From: Patescibacteria group bacterium
GTDB taxonomy: Bacteria > Patescibacteriota > Minisyncoccia > JAHISW01 > Tagabacteraceae
Length of the DNA: 64,000 nucleotides
NCBI GenBank assembly: GCA_018819015.1
Contig: JAHJQY010000016.1
Coordinates: forward strand, 18,064 to 82,063
Direction: 5' to 3'
In this document: one piece after another, positions 56,210 through 64,000 of the stretch
How the letters are laid out: the number at the start of each line of letters is the position of its first letter
Numbering within the stretch: position 1 is the stretch's first letter
Made by a program: the position numbers and the translations under genes
Notes under the pieces: generated by a model
What the model was told of the DNA's origin: nothing
What the model saw: the letters and a program-made list of their open reading frames with translations, nothing else
The model's database searches: none

Positions 56210-57552
56210 ATACCTTTCATAATGTATTTATAAATTCTTTCGGGGTTTATTAGTTCGCCGTCTTGTTGGGGAAGGGAAACTACTTTTGCGCTGACTTTTT
56301 CCCGCACGACAAAAAATAATTGACCTTGGTTCATTTCCGGGACTATAAATTTTGCGCATCGCTTTTCATATTTTTTGATAATCTCGGTTGGAAACGGCCA
56401 CAAAATTTTTAATCTTAATAAACCAATTTTTTCCCCTTTTTTTCTAGCCTTTTTAATTGCTTCTTTGGCAATGCGGCCGACAAGCCCGTAGGCAACGATT
56501 ATTTGTTTCGCGTCTTCCAGAAAAAATTTTTCGACATCAATGGGCCGTTTTTTTATAATTTTATTTTCCAGGTGGTGGATTAATTTTTCATAAGATTCTG
56601 AATCGGCAGTATTACGCCAGCCCCGCTCGTCGTGCGCGGAACCGGTGATCATTAAATGTTCTCCGTCAGCAAAATTAGGCATACTCGGGGCGGAGTAATT
56701 TTTTGTCGGGCCAAATGGCGGTTCGTTGGGAATATAAATTCTGTTAAAAACTTTTTGCGGTTTGATAATCAACGTTTCCGTTAAATGCGCCAGAAACGCG
56801 TCGGTTAAAATAATTACCGGTGTTCTGTATTTTTCTGAAAGATTGAAGGCCTTGATTGTTAGGTCATAGCACTCTTGGACCGAGGCAGGGCAAAGCGCTA
56901 TGTGTTGCAACCCTCCGTGGTCGCCCCAGCGCGCCATTCGTATATCGCCAGTAGAGGGTTTGGTTGGCATGCCGGTACTTGGTCCGCCTCTTTGCACGTT
57001 AATTATTACGCAAGGCGTTTCAGTCATGTCAGCGAAACTGATGTTTTCTTGCATTAATGAGAAGCCGGGGCCGGAAGTGGCAGTCATTGATTTGACTCCT
57101 GCCCAGGAGGCGCCAATTATGGCGGCCATAGAAGCAATTTCATCTTCCATTTGAATAAAAGAACCGTTTAGTTTCGGCATTCTTATGGCCATTCTTTCAA
57201 GAATTTCAGAGGCCGGGGTAATCGGATAGCCGGCAAAAAATCTGCAGCCGGCGGCCAGGGCGCCTTCCGCGCAGGCGTCGTTTCCTGAAAGAAAATATTT
57301 TTGACCTGTTTTTAGGAGTGGCTTGGAATTTATCCAGCCGCCTCGTTTTTCGGATTTTATCTTGCTTTTTATTTTTTCTATTTCTTCATTTTTAAAACAA
57401 ATTGCTCCTTCTGGGCACAAAAGTTCGCATTGCCGGCACGAATTGCATTTTTCCTGAATAATTTTTAACCCATCATTTTTCACAATGGCTTTTTGTTGGC
57501 AAAATTCCATACAAATACCGCATTCTTTGCATAAAGAATTATCTATTTCCAT
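56203..57552 (-). CDS. porA: 2-oxoacid:ferredoxin oxidoreductase, fused delta (2x[4Fe-4S] ferredoxin) + alpha subunit
   Basis: N-terminal 'CKECGICMEFC' and 'CNSCRQCELLCP', then 'GNDACAEGALAAGCRFFAGYPITPASE'. Confidence 0.8.
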   Translation of the reverse strand: MEIDNSLCKECGICMEFCQQKAIVKNDGLKIIQEKCNSCRQCELLCPEGAICFKNEEIEKIKSKIKSEKRGGWINSKPLLKTGQKYFLSGNDACAEGALAAGCRFFAGYPITPASEILERMAIRMPKLNGSFIQMEDEIASMAAIIGASWAGVKSMTATSGPGFSLMQENISFADMTETPCVIINVQRGGPSTGMPTKPSTGDIRMARWGDHGGLQHIALCPASVQECYDLTIKAFNLSEKYRTPVIILTDAFLAHLTETLIIKPQKVFNRIYIPNEPPFGPTKNYSAPSMPNFADGEHLMITGSAHDERGWRNTADSESYEKLIHHLENKIIKKRPIDVEKFFLEDAKQIIVAYGLVGRIAKEAIKKARKKGEKIGLLRLKILWPFPTEIIKKYEKRCAKFIVPEMNQGQLFFVVREKVSAKVVSLPQQDGELINPERIYKYIMKGIW

Positions 57553-57598
57553 TTTTATTTTCCTTTCAAGGGTCTTTTCCCCATGCTATATTGAGAAT

Positions 57599-57817
57599 AT
57601 GTGTTTGGCAATACCGTCTAAAATTGTAGATATAAAAGAAGGTTGGGCGACTGTTCGGTCAGATAAACATAATCATAGGGCCAATTTGTCGCTGGTTAAA
57701 GATGTTAAAGTGGGAGATTATGTTTTGGTTCACGGCGATATGGTTTTGAATAAAGTTGAAAAAGAAGAAGCGGAAAAAATATTAAAAATGGTAAATAATA
57801 ATTATTATGAAAAATAA
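57599..57817 (+). CDS. hypC: [NiFe]-hydrogenase maturation factor HypC/HupF
   Basis: 'MCLAIPSKIVDI...' of 72 aa, with the canonical MC(L/I)(A/G)(I/V)P N-terminus. The ORF-track start at 57485 is an unlikely upstream extension. Confidence 0.85.
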   Translation: MCLAIPSKIVDIKEGWATVRSDKHNHRANLSLVKDVKVGDYVLVHGDMVLNKVEKEEAEKILKMVNNNYYEK

Positions 57818-58712
57818 AGGTGTGTACATGGCTTTGGCCACGGCTTTTGTCAGCGGTTTCGCAGTTTTTTTTAATAAATTTGCCGTCGATTTTTGGCAGA
57901 ATTCTTCGGTTTTTACAACCGGCAAAAATTTAGTGGCTGCGTTGTTTTTAACTTCTCTTATTTTATTGTTAAAAAAGAGAACCGAGTTGAAAAATTTAAC
58001 CAAAAAACAGTGGTTGCAGCTGGTTGTTATTGGTTTTGTCGGCGGTTCGGTTCCTTTTCTTTTGTTTTTTAAAGGATTGTCGCTTGCCTCGGCGGTTAAC
58101 GCCGCTTTTATTCATAAAACATTGTTTGTTTGGGTCGCGTTTTTGGCTGTTTTGTTTCTTAAAGAAAAAACTTCTGTTTTGCAGTGGTTGGCACTGGCTG
58201 TTCTTTTTGCGGGAGTTTATCTTTTTTCTTCGCCCGGCGATTTTAAAATTGGTTACGGAGAAATTTTAGTTTTTGGCGCCACTTTAATATGGGCTGTTGA
58301 AAATATAATTGCCAAAAAGGTTTTAGAAAATATTTCTGCGCTGGTTGTGGGGTGGGGCAGGATGTTTTTCGGGTCGTTTTTTCTTTTGGTTTATCTAGTT
58401 GCGACTGGCGATATTGTCCAACTATTGAAGTTCAACTTCAATAGTTGGGGCTGGTTGGTTTTAAGCGGCGCGATTCTTTTTGGCTATGTCGTCACCTGGT
58501 ATTCGGCTCTAAGGCGCGCGCCGGCCACAGTGGTTTCTTCAATTTTGGTTCTGGCGGCGCCGATTACCGCTTTGCTAAATTCTATTTTTATAACCCATCA
58601 ATTTAAAATTTCTTTGCTTTGGCCGACGGTCTTGATTTTGACCGGAGTTTTATTAGTCAGCGGATTATATGGATGGTTTAGAACTTTTTATCAAGTACGC
58701 CCTGCCTCCTAA
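57807..58712 (+). CDS. EamA/DMT-family transporter
   Basis: About 10 TM helices in two EamA repeats. Contains a 29-nt palindrome at 58419-58447. Confidence 0.7.
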   Translation: MKNKGVYMALATAFVSGFAVFFNKFAVDFWQNSSVFTTGKNLVAALFLTSLILLLKKRTELKNLTKKQWLQLVVIGFVGGSVPFLLFFKGLSLASAVNAAFIHKTLFVWVAFLAVLFLKEKTSVLQWLALAVLFAGVYLFSSPGDFKIGYGEILVFGATLIWAVENIIAKKVLENISALVVGWGRMFFGSFFLLVYLVATGDIVQLLKFNFNSWGWLVLSGAILFGYVVTWYSALRRAPATVVSSILVLAAPITALLNSIFITHQFKISLLWPTVLILTGVLLVSGLYGWFRTFYQVRPAS

Positions 58713-59334
58713 TGTTTTGGGCTATTGCGGCCCGAAGTTTTTAGCTTGCGACAAAAGTTCGCTTCTTCAATTTGAAGGAGCTGTTCCTTATCTTCGGCTC
58801 ATCGCGCAGGCGAATAACATAAAAGATGAATTTGACGCGCGGGTGGTGGAGGCTTATTGGTTGGGCAATGATTTGTTGAAAAAGGTTTCTGATAAAAATT
58901 TATACGGCAATATTGAAAACCGTTTTAAAAAAAGGATGTCCGGGAAAGATTGGTCGTGGTTAGTCGCCGAATCGATTCGCGAAGCTAAACCGCACCATGT
59001 TTTCCATGTTTTTGACATTTATCGCCGCGCCGGGCTGATGCGTTCCGGGGCAATAGAAAAAGTTTTGGAGACCATGGATAATTGCCGTATTTCTTGGGGG
59101 AGCATGACAGATGAAGGATTTGTGGAATATAGCCCATTAGTTTTTAAAAACAATAAGCTGGATTTTGGCGAAAAAACTGAAAAGAAATTAATATCTTTAG
59201 ATTCAACAATTAAGGTTGGGGACGAGGTTTCTTTTCATTGGAATTATATTTGCGATAAAATTAGTCCAAGGCAAAAACAAAATTTAACTTTTTGGACCAA
59301 GTATCATTTAGATATTACAAATAAAACTATTTAA
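58669..59334 (+). CDS. Hypothetical protein
   Basis: 221-aa soluble ORF between the transporter and the hydrogenase genes. No motif recognised. Confidence 0.4.
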   Translation: MDGLELFIKYALPPNVLGYCGPKFLACDKSSLLQFEGAVPYLRLIAQANNIKDEFDARVVEAYWLGNDLLKKVSDKNLYGNIENRFKKRMSGKDWSWLVAESIREAKPHHVFHVFDIYRRAGLMRSGAIEKVLETMDNCRISWGSMTDEGFVEYSPLVFKNNKLDFGEKTEKKLISLDSTIKVGDEVSFHWNYICDKISPRQKQNLTFWTKYHLDITNKTI

Positions 59335-59393
59335 TGTGCCGAGCAGGTGAGGTTGAGCTTCTTGCCTTGCTGTGTTAAGATGAAATCGCAATT

Positions 59394-59588
59394 ATGAAAG
59401 GCAAGCTTAAAACAAAAGCAGAGAGTAAAAAAACAGCTCAAGAAATTCAAGATGAATCTTTTAGAAAAATGTCGGCCGACCACAAGTTGGCGCTAGCTTT
59501 TAATTTATGGAAAATCGCAAAGGAATTATCAAAAGATAATTTTAAATATGCCATCAGACCCGCGACGTCTTTTGATAGACGTTACTAA
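59394..59588 (+). CDS. Hypothetical small protein (64 aa)
   Basis: ORF only. Confidence 0.25.
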   Translation: MKGKLKTKAESKKTAQEIQDESFRKMSADHKLALAFNLWKIAKELSKDNFKYAIRPATSFDRRY

Positions 59589-59609
59589 AATTTTAAAATC
59601 TCAAGAAAT

Positions 59610-60827
59610 TTAGTGTACAGAACAAGTAATACATGGATCATAGGCCCGGACGAGCATCTCAAGTAGGCGCTCTTTTTCTTTTTGGGTTTTTTCTTTGTTT
59701 TGCTCCAAAAGCGCGTTAGCGCTTTTTTCTATGGAGGTAAGGTTTTGCACGGTTGGAGTGATAATGTTGGCGTAGGTGATAATGCCTTTGTTGTTCCAGC
59801 GCAGTTCATGGTAAAGCCCGCCGCGCGGGGCTTCTATTGCGCCTATACCCTCGCTTGCGTAAACATCGAAGTCCGACTTCGATGTTCCATCGAAGTCGGA
59901 CTTCGATGCAAGTAATTGTTCTAAAATTTTTCCGGCTTGTTTGTGATAAAGCAAAATTTCAATGGCCTGCGCGATATTGTTATGGAAAGGATTTTGAAAA
60001 TCTAGGATTTCTTTTTCTTTGTGGTCGGAAAAATAAAGCCGGGCCAGCGCGCCAACCATTATTTCTCGGCCCTTATAGCCGCCAAATTTGGCAGTGGAAT
60101 AGTTTCTGATTTCCTCGGTAATAACTTCTTTATAATTTTTTATAGAAGGGTTTACCCTGAGCGGAGTCGAAGGGTCGTTTTTGTTTGATAAAATTTTTTC
60201 TTTCTTTTGGGTTACTAGCTCTAAATCAACTTTTAGTTCCGGAAATTTAATTTTTGAGCAGATATTCAAGGCGCGACCAGCCGACGCTCTTGTTTGTTTG
60301 ATTTTTTGGAGCAGTTTTTCCAATTGTTCTCTAGTCGGAATTTTATGAAAACCGCCGATGGTGGTGGTTGTCGGGTGGACGTTGCGGCCGGCCACGACAG
60401 CCGCGATGTCATCGGAGACTTCTTTTATATCCAGCGCGGCCTTAAAATCTTTTGGATTTTTTTGGGCCAGCTCGGTGCCGCGGTCTATTCCCAGATAGTC
60501 CGGCAAAGACAAAAAGAATAAATGAAGAGCGTGGCTTTGCATCATTTGGGCGCAGACCATCAATTCGCGAAGGAGTTCTGTTGTTTCGCTGATTTCAATT
60601 TTCAGGCCATCCTCGCAAGCGCGCAAAGAGGCCAGATTATGGGCGATAGGGCAGACGCCGCAGATGCGCGGGGTTATCCAGTGGCTTTCTTCAATGGTTC
60701 GGCCGACCAGCAATCCTTCAAAAAGCCGCTCGCCTTCGTGAATATGCAGTTTGACTTGGCTCTTGGAAAAATCAGTTTCCAAGCTACCGTGTCCCTCAAT
60801 TTTCGCGATATATTTATCGGTGATCAT
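59610..60827 (-). CDS. [NiFe]-hydrogenase large subunit, group 3 (sulfhydrogenase alpha-like)
   Basis: 'KIEGHG' at the N-terminus, L1 'RICGVCPIAH', and L2 'DPCITCSVH' as the very C-terminus with no extension. Contains tandem in-frame palindromes at 59862-59910 and a family-2 repeat at 60155-60174. Confidence 0.85.
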   Translation of the reverse strand: MITDKYIAKIEGHGSLETDFSKSQVKLHIHEGERLFEGLLVGRTIEESHWITPRICGVCPIAHNLASLRACEDGLKIEISETTELLRELMVCAQMMQSHALHLFFLSLPDYLGIDRGTELAQKNPKDFKAALDIKEVSDDIAAVVAGRNVHPTTTTIGGFHKIPTREQLEKLLQKIKQTRASAGRALNICSKIKFPELKVDLELVTQKKEKILSNKNDPSTPLRVNPSIKNYKEVITEEIRNYSTAKFGGYKGREIMVGALARLYFSDHKEKEILDFQNPFHNNIAQAIEILLYHKQAGKILEQLLASKSDFDGTSKSDFDVYASEGIGAIEAPRGGLYHELRWNNKGIITYANIITPTVQNLTSIEKSANALLEQNKEKTQKEKERLLEMLVRAYDPCITCSVH

Positions 60828-61588
60828 TTTTCATTTTTATTATAAAACATCGTGAAATATCTTTTTATTTCTTCTTCGTCGGCGAATTTTTTGAGGGCTT
60901 GTTTTAATCCTTCAACATTGGCTTCTTCGCGTGGGCCGAAACAGCCGTAGCAGGGCGAGCCGCCGGAAATACAGATGGCCTGGCATCCGCCTTGCGTTAT
61001 CGGGCCCAGGCAGATTTTTTTGTTTATAATGCGGCATTCATTGCCGGCTCGCTTGCAGTCAAAGCAGACCGAGTATGGCCGGTAACTCGGTTTTTTGCCG
61101 GCCAAAAGTTCTTCAAAAATTCTTTCCAGCTCGCCGGCATTAACCGGACAGCCATGAATAGCAAAATCCACCTTGACATAAGCGCTAAGCGGTAAAGCGT
61201 CAATTCCTTTCGGCTTGTACACTTGCCCTGAGCTTGTCGAAGGGTATATTTTTTTGTACCACCCGGCGCGTTTTTCTTGGTCCATAATTCCCGGTATCCC
61301 CGCCAGCGCGGCGCAGGCGCCGAGCGCGATGACATATTGGGAGTTTTCGCGAAGCCATTTCAAGGTGTCAATTTCATCTTGGGTGATGGGCGCTCCTTCA
61401 ATAAGCGCAATGTCAAAATATTTATCCTGAGCAGAGTCGAAGGATTTTCGTTCTTGCCCCAGCCGCCAGTCAACAATGTCAACTTGTTTTTCCAAATCCA
61501 AAAATCGTTCGCGAAGAGAAATTATTTCCACTTCGCACCCCTCGCAGTCGGTAAAATCATAGATGGCTACTTTAGGTTTTAATCCCAT
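60824..61588 (-). CDS. [NiFe]-hydrogenase small subunit, group 3 (delta-like)
   Basis: 'DFTDCEGCE', 'GACA' and 'HGCP' proximal-cluster cysteines, plus a C-terminal Cys-rich region for additional FeS clusters. Confidence 0.8.
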   Translation of the reverse strand: MGLKPKVAIYDFTDCEGCEVEIISLRERFLDLEKQVDIVDWRLGQERKSFDSAQDKYFDIALIEGAPITQDEIDTLKWLRENSQYVIALGACAALAGIPGIMDQEKRAGWYKKIYPSTSSGQVYKPKGIDALPLSAYVKVDFAIHGCPVNAGELERIFEELLAGKKPSYRPYSVCFDCKRAGNECRIINKKICLGPITQGGCQAICISGGSPCYGCFGPREEANVEGLKQALKKFADEEEIKRYFTMFYNKNEK

Positions 61589-62394
61589 GATTTATCTATT
61601 TCATCATAATTAAATACCGGGCCGTTTAGGCAGACATATTTGTCGCCGATTGTGCAATGCTGGCATCTGCCAACTCCACACTGCATTTTTCTTTCTAGAC
61701 TGACAAAAATCCGGCGGTCGGAAATTCCCAATGGTCTTAAAACTTTTTCCAGCGCGTCCATCATCGGGCCCGGTCCGCACATGGTGGCCACCGCGTTGGC
61801 CGGATCTATTTCTATTTTTTTGACAAGGTCGGTCACAAAACCAACGCATCCTTGCCATTCCGGATGGGGCGAGTCTATTGTCAAAATTATATTGATTTGT
61901 TTTTCCCAATCTTTAATTTCATCTTTCATTAAAATATCGTTCGGCGTGCGCGCTCCGTATAATAAATAAACTTTGCTGAATTTGCCGCGGTTTTTAATAA
62001 TGTATTTTACAAGAGAAGCGATAGGCGGAATGCCGCAACCGCCGGTGGCCATGACAATATCTTTTCCTTCAAAAAAATCCAAAGGAAAACCATTGCCATA
62101 AGGGCCGCGCAGAGTTATTTCGTCGCCGATTTTCAGATTGTGGAGCGCCGAGGTGACATTGCCGCCCGTGTCTCTGACTACTATGTCTATATGTTTTTTT
62201 TCATAAGGCGATGAAGCTGGCCCAAAAGGAGCTTCGCCGTAACCCCAAACGCCGGCCAGCACAAACTGGCCCGGCGTAAAATCCATTCTTTTTTTTAACC
62301 GGAAAAGTTTAACATTTTCGGAAAGTTTTTTTATATCAAGTATTTTTATTTGTTCAGGCAGATAAATATTTTCCATACATTTATAATACTGCAA
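61579..62394 (-). CDS. Hydrogenase gamma subunit (PyrK-like FAD/NAD(P)-binding with C-terminal [2Fe-2S])
   Basis: 'FRLKK...PGQFV' FAD-binding barrel, 'GGCGIPP' Rossmann motif, and 'CGVGRCQHCTIGDKYVCLNGPVFNYDE'. Confidence 0.75.
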   Translation of the reverse strand: MQYYKCMENIYLPEQIKILDIKKLSENVKLFRLKKRMDFTPGQFVLAGVWGYGEAPFGPASSPYEKKHIDIVVRDTGGNVTSALHNLKIGDEITLRGPYGNGFPLDFFEGKDIVMATGGCGIPPIASLVKYIIKNRGKFSKVYLLYGARTPNDILMKDEIKDWEKQINIILTIDSPHPEWQGCVGFVTDLVKKIEIDPANAVATMCGPGPMMDALEKVLRPLGISDRRIFVSLERKMQCGVGRCQHCTIGDKYVCLNGPVFNYDEIDKSWD

Positions 62395-63145
62395 AATACA
62401 GGCATTTCCAATTTCCCAGCGACAAGTCTTCCGCCCGCGTTTTTTCCGGAATTCCGCATTCTCTCAGTGTTTCTATTGATATATTAAGATTGTTTTTCAG
62501 CATCTTTCTTTTTTGGGAAAATCCTTTTTTAATCAGATTAAAAAATTTTTGTTCATCAATGATGGAAGTTGAACTTCCATCATTGAAAAAATTTTTGGAA
62601 ATGTTGTTTATTTTAATTACGGCCGAATCAACTTTCGGCGTTGGCGAGAAATTGCCGGCCGGCACTTTTTTTATAATTTTCGGCTGGCCGTAGGCATTTA
62701 CGCTTAACGATAGTATGCTGGCTTTTTTGTCGCGCATTACGATTCTCTCGGCTACTTCTTTTTGAATCATCAGAACCATCAGCGATGGCTGGTGTTCCGC
62801 GCCTAGAAATTGCCGCAGGAAATGCGAAGTGATGTAATAAGGAATGTTTGCCACAATTTTGAAATTTTTTATCCTGAGCTTGTCGAACGGATTGAATCTT
62901 AAAATATCGTCTTGGATAATTTCAAGATTTTTGGCGCCGGAAAATTTCTGTTTTAAAAATTCAACAAGCGATGGATCTTTTTCAACCGCGATAACTTGGC
63001 CGGCTTTGGCCAAAAGTTTTTCGGTCAGGATTCCTTTACCCGGACCGACCTCCAAGATGATGTCGTCCTTTTTTATTTCGGCGGCCTCAATAATTTCTTC
63101 GGCTATTTTTTTGTTTTGTAAAAAATTTTGTCCCAGTTTGGCCAT
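62381..63145 (-). CDS. rsmA: 16S rRNA (adenine1518/1519-N6)-dimethyltransferase
   Basis: 'MAKLGQNFLQN', 'EVGPGKGILT' and 'VANIPYYITS'. The start was trimmed to the canonical Met. Contains a palindrome at 62557-62585 and a family-2 repeat at 62871-62892. Confidence 0.85.
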   Translation of the reverse strand: MAKLGQNFLQNKKIAEEIIEAAEIKKDDIILEVGPGKGILTEKLLAKAGQVIAVEKDPSLVEFLKQKFSGAKNLEIIQDDILRFNPFDKLRIKNFKIVANIPYYITSHFLRQFLGAEHQPSLMVLMIQKEVAERIVMRDKKASILSLSVNAYGQPKIIKKVPAGNFSPTPKVDSAVIKINNISKNFFNDGSSTSIIDEQKFFNLIKKGFSQKRKMLKNNLNISIETLRECGIPEKTRAEDLSLGNWKCLYFAVL

Positions 63146-63146
63146 A

Positions 63147-64000
63147 TTAAAAATCCAGATAATTAGTAGCCGGTAAATTTTCAAAATTTTGTTCAAAAAG
63201 CTCTGGCGGGATTTCGTTTATGAATCTTGACGGCTGGTTTATCTGCCGTCCGCCCATCATGGTCCGGCTGTAAGCGAAAGATAAATGGATTTTTTTCTGA
63301 GCGCGCGTCAGGGCGACGTAAAACAGACGTCTCTCTTCCTCTTCTTCGTCTTTGCCGAACGAGAAAGGTTTGATATACGGGAATAATCCGTCTTCAAGGC
63401 CGGCTATAAAAACACAGGGGAATTCCAGTCCTTTGGCGGCGTGTACTGTCATCAGCCGCACTTTTCCTTCCGAGGTTTTGGTAGGTGAGGGCGCAACTTC
63501 GTCTTGGTCTGTCATTAGCGCCGCGTCTTCCATAAATTTTTCCATCCCCCGAGGAGGTTTTAGGCCGTCATGTTTCATGGACAAGACAACAAGTTCTTTC
63601 AGGTTATCCATTCTCATTATTCCTTCCTCGGTGCCGTTGTCAAGATAGTTTTGGTACCCGCTTTCTTTTATTATGAAAAACAGCGCTTTTGAGAGAGGTT
63701 GGCTGTTTATTGTTTTTTTGATTTTTTCAAGCAGTCCAAAAAATTCTTTTATTTTTTCCATCCTGAGCGGAGTTGAAGGATTGCCGGTGAGATGATTCAG
63801 CAGGCTTGCTTTTCCCAGACCCCTCGAGGGTTCATTTATGATTCTTTCAAGGCTTATTATATCGCCAGGGTTCATGGCTGCTTTGGCGTAAGCAATAATA
63901 TCTTTCACTTCTTTTCTTTCAAAAAATTTTGTTCCTACAACTTGGTAGGGCAGGCCGCGGGAGATAAAAGATTCTTCCAGCGCTCGCGACTGGAAATTTG
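63147..64000 (-). CDS. UvrD/PcrA/Rep-family helicase, C-terminal portion (continues beyond the window)
   Basis: 'MTVHAAKGLEFPCVFIAGLEDGLFP' and 'YVALTRAQKKIHLS' (helicase motifs V and VI). The frame remains open at the window end. Confidence 0.7.
   Translation of the reverse strand, partial: NFQSRALEESFISRGLPYQVVGTKFFERKEVKDIIAYAKAAMNPGDIISLERIINEPSRGLGKASLLNHLTGNPSTPLRMEKIKEFFGLLEKIKKTINSQPLSKALFFIIKESGYQNYLDNGTEEGIMRMDNLKELVVLSMKHDGLKPPRGMEKFMEDAALMTDQDEVAPSPTKTSEGKVRLMTVHAAKGLEFPCVFIAGLEDGLFPYIKPFSFGKDEEEEERRLFYVALTRAQKKIHLSFAYSRTMMGGRQINQPSRFINEIPPELFEQNFENLPATNYLDF

Noticed and set aside
57485-57598. Upstream extension of the hypC ORF (start at 57485)
   Set aside because: HypC invariably starts with MC(L/I)(A/G)(I/V)P. 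The extension would overlap the porA start on the other strand.
1-64000. CRISPR arrays, rRNA genes, transposases or integrases
   Set aside because: Scanned for regularly spaced direct repeats, rRNA-like conserved stretches and DDE/tyrosine-recombinase motifs. None found in this window.

Overview
This 64-kb window is AT-rich, gene-dense and operon-packed. The gene content is consistent with a reduced-genome Patescibacteria/CPR-type bacterium (likely Parcubacteria-like). Points in favour are shortened housekeeping proteins (ValS ~671 aa, PolA 781 aa, YebC 179 aa), an Oxa1-like YidC, several type IV pilus loci, and a group-3 NiFe hydrogenase plus a ferredoxin oxidoreductase.

The window spans the chromosomal replication origin. 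rpmH (missed by the ORF track), rnpA, yidC and jag lie on the + strand, divergent from dnaA-dnaN on the - strand. DnaA boxes sit in the dnaA-dnaN intergenic region.

Other recognisable content:
- Housekeeping genes: tsaD, valS, tyrS, tsaE, polA, ruvA, ruvB, yebC, ruvC, rpsT, ksgA, a holA-like gene, PBP1A (mrcA) and a MurE-like ligase.
- Four tRNAs: Phe-GAA, Val-TAC, Arg-TCT and Lys-CTT.
- A pilM-pilN-pilO operon, and a second pilus locus with a sensor kinase, response regulator, pilB, pilC and three prepilin-like genes, plus an extra GspE/PilB paralog.
- Two further two-component systems.
- A YeeE/TusA thiosulfate-uptake pair.
- porDA/porB (2-oxoacid:ferredoxin oxidoreductase) followed by hypC.
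- A sulfhydrogenase-like NiFe hydrogenase with gamma, small and large subunits but no beta subunit.

The most unusual things found:
1. A family of perfect 25-29 nt palindromes inserted in frame in at least six unrelated conserved genes. Three copies are nucleotide-identical and encode 'NVRSSTSNI'. This resembles Rickettsia palindromic elements.
2. A second short in-frame repeat family clustered in the hydrogenase-ksgA-helicase region.
3. A ~10-kb minimal type-IV-secretion-like operon (VirB2/TrbC-like pilin, PrgI/VirB3-like, a split VirB4, VirB6-like, PKD/TSP3 surface proteins). Beside it lies a compositionally foreign, GC-rich lipoprotein gene.
4. A ~150-nt intergenic element closed by a 16-bp long-range helix, a candidate structured ncRNA.

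All calls are from reading the sequence and remembered motifs. No database search was run.
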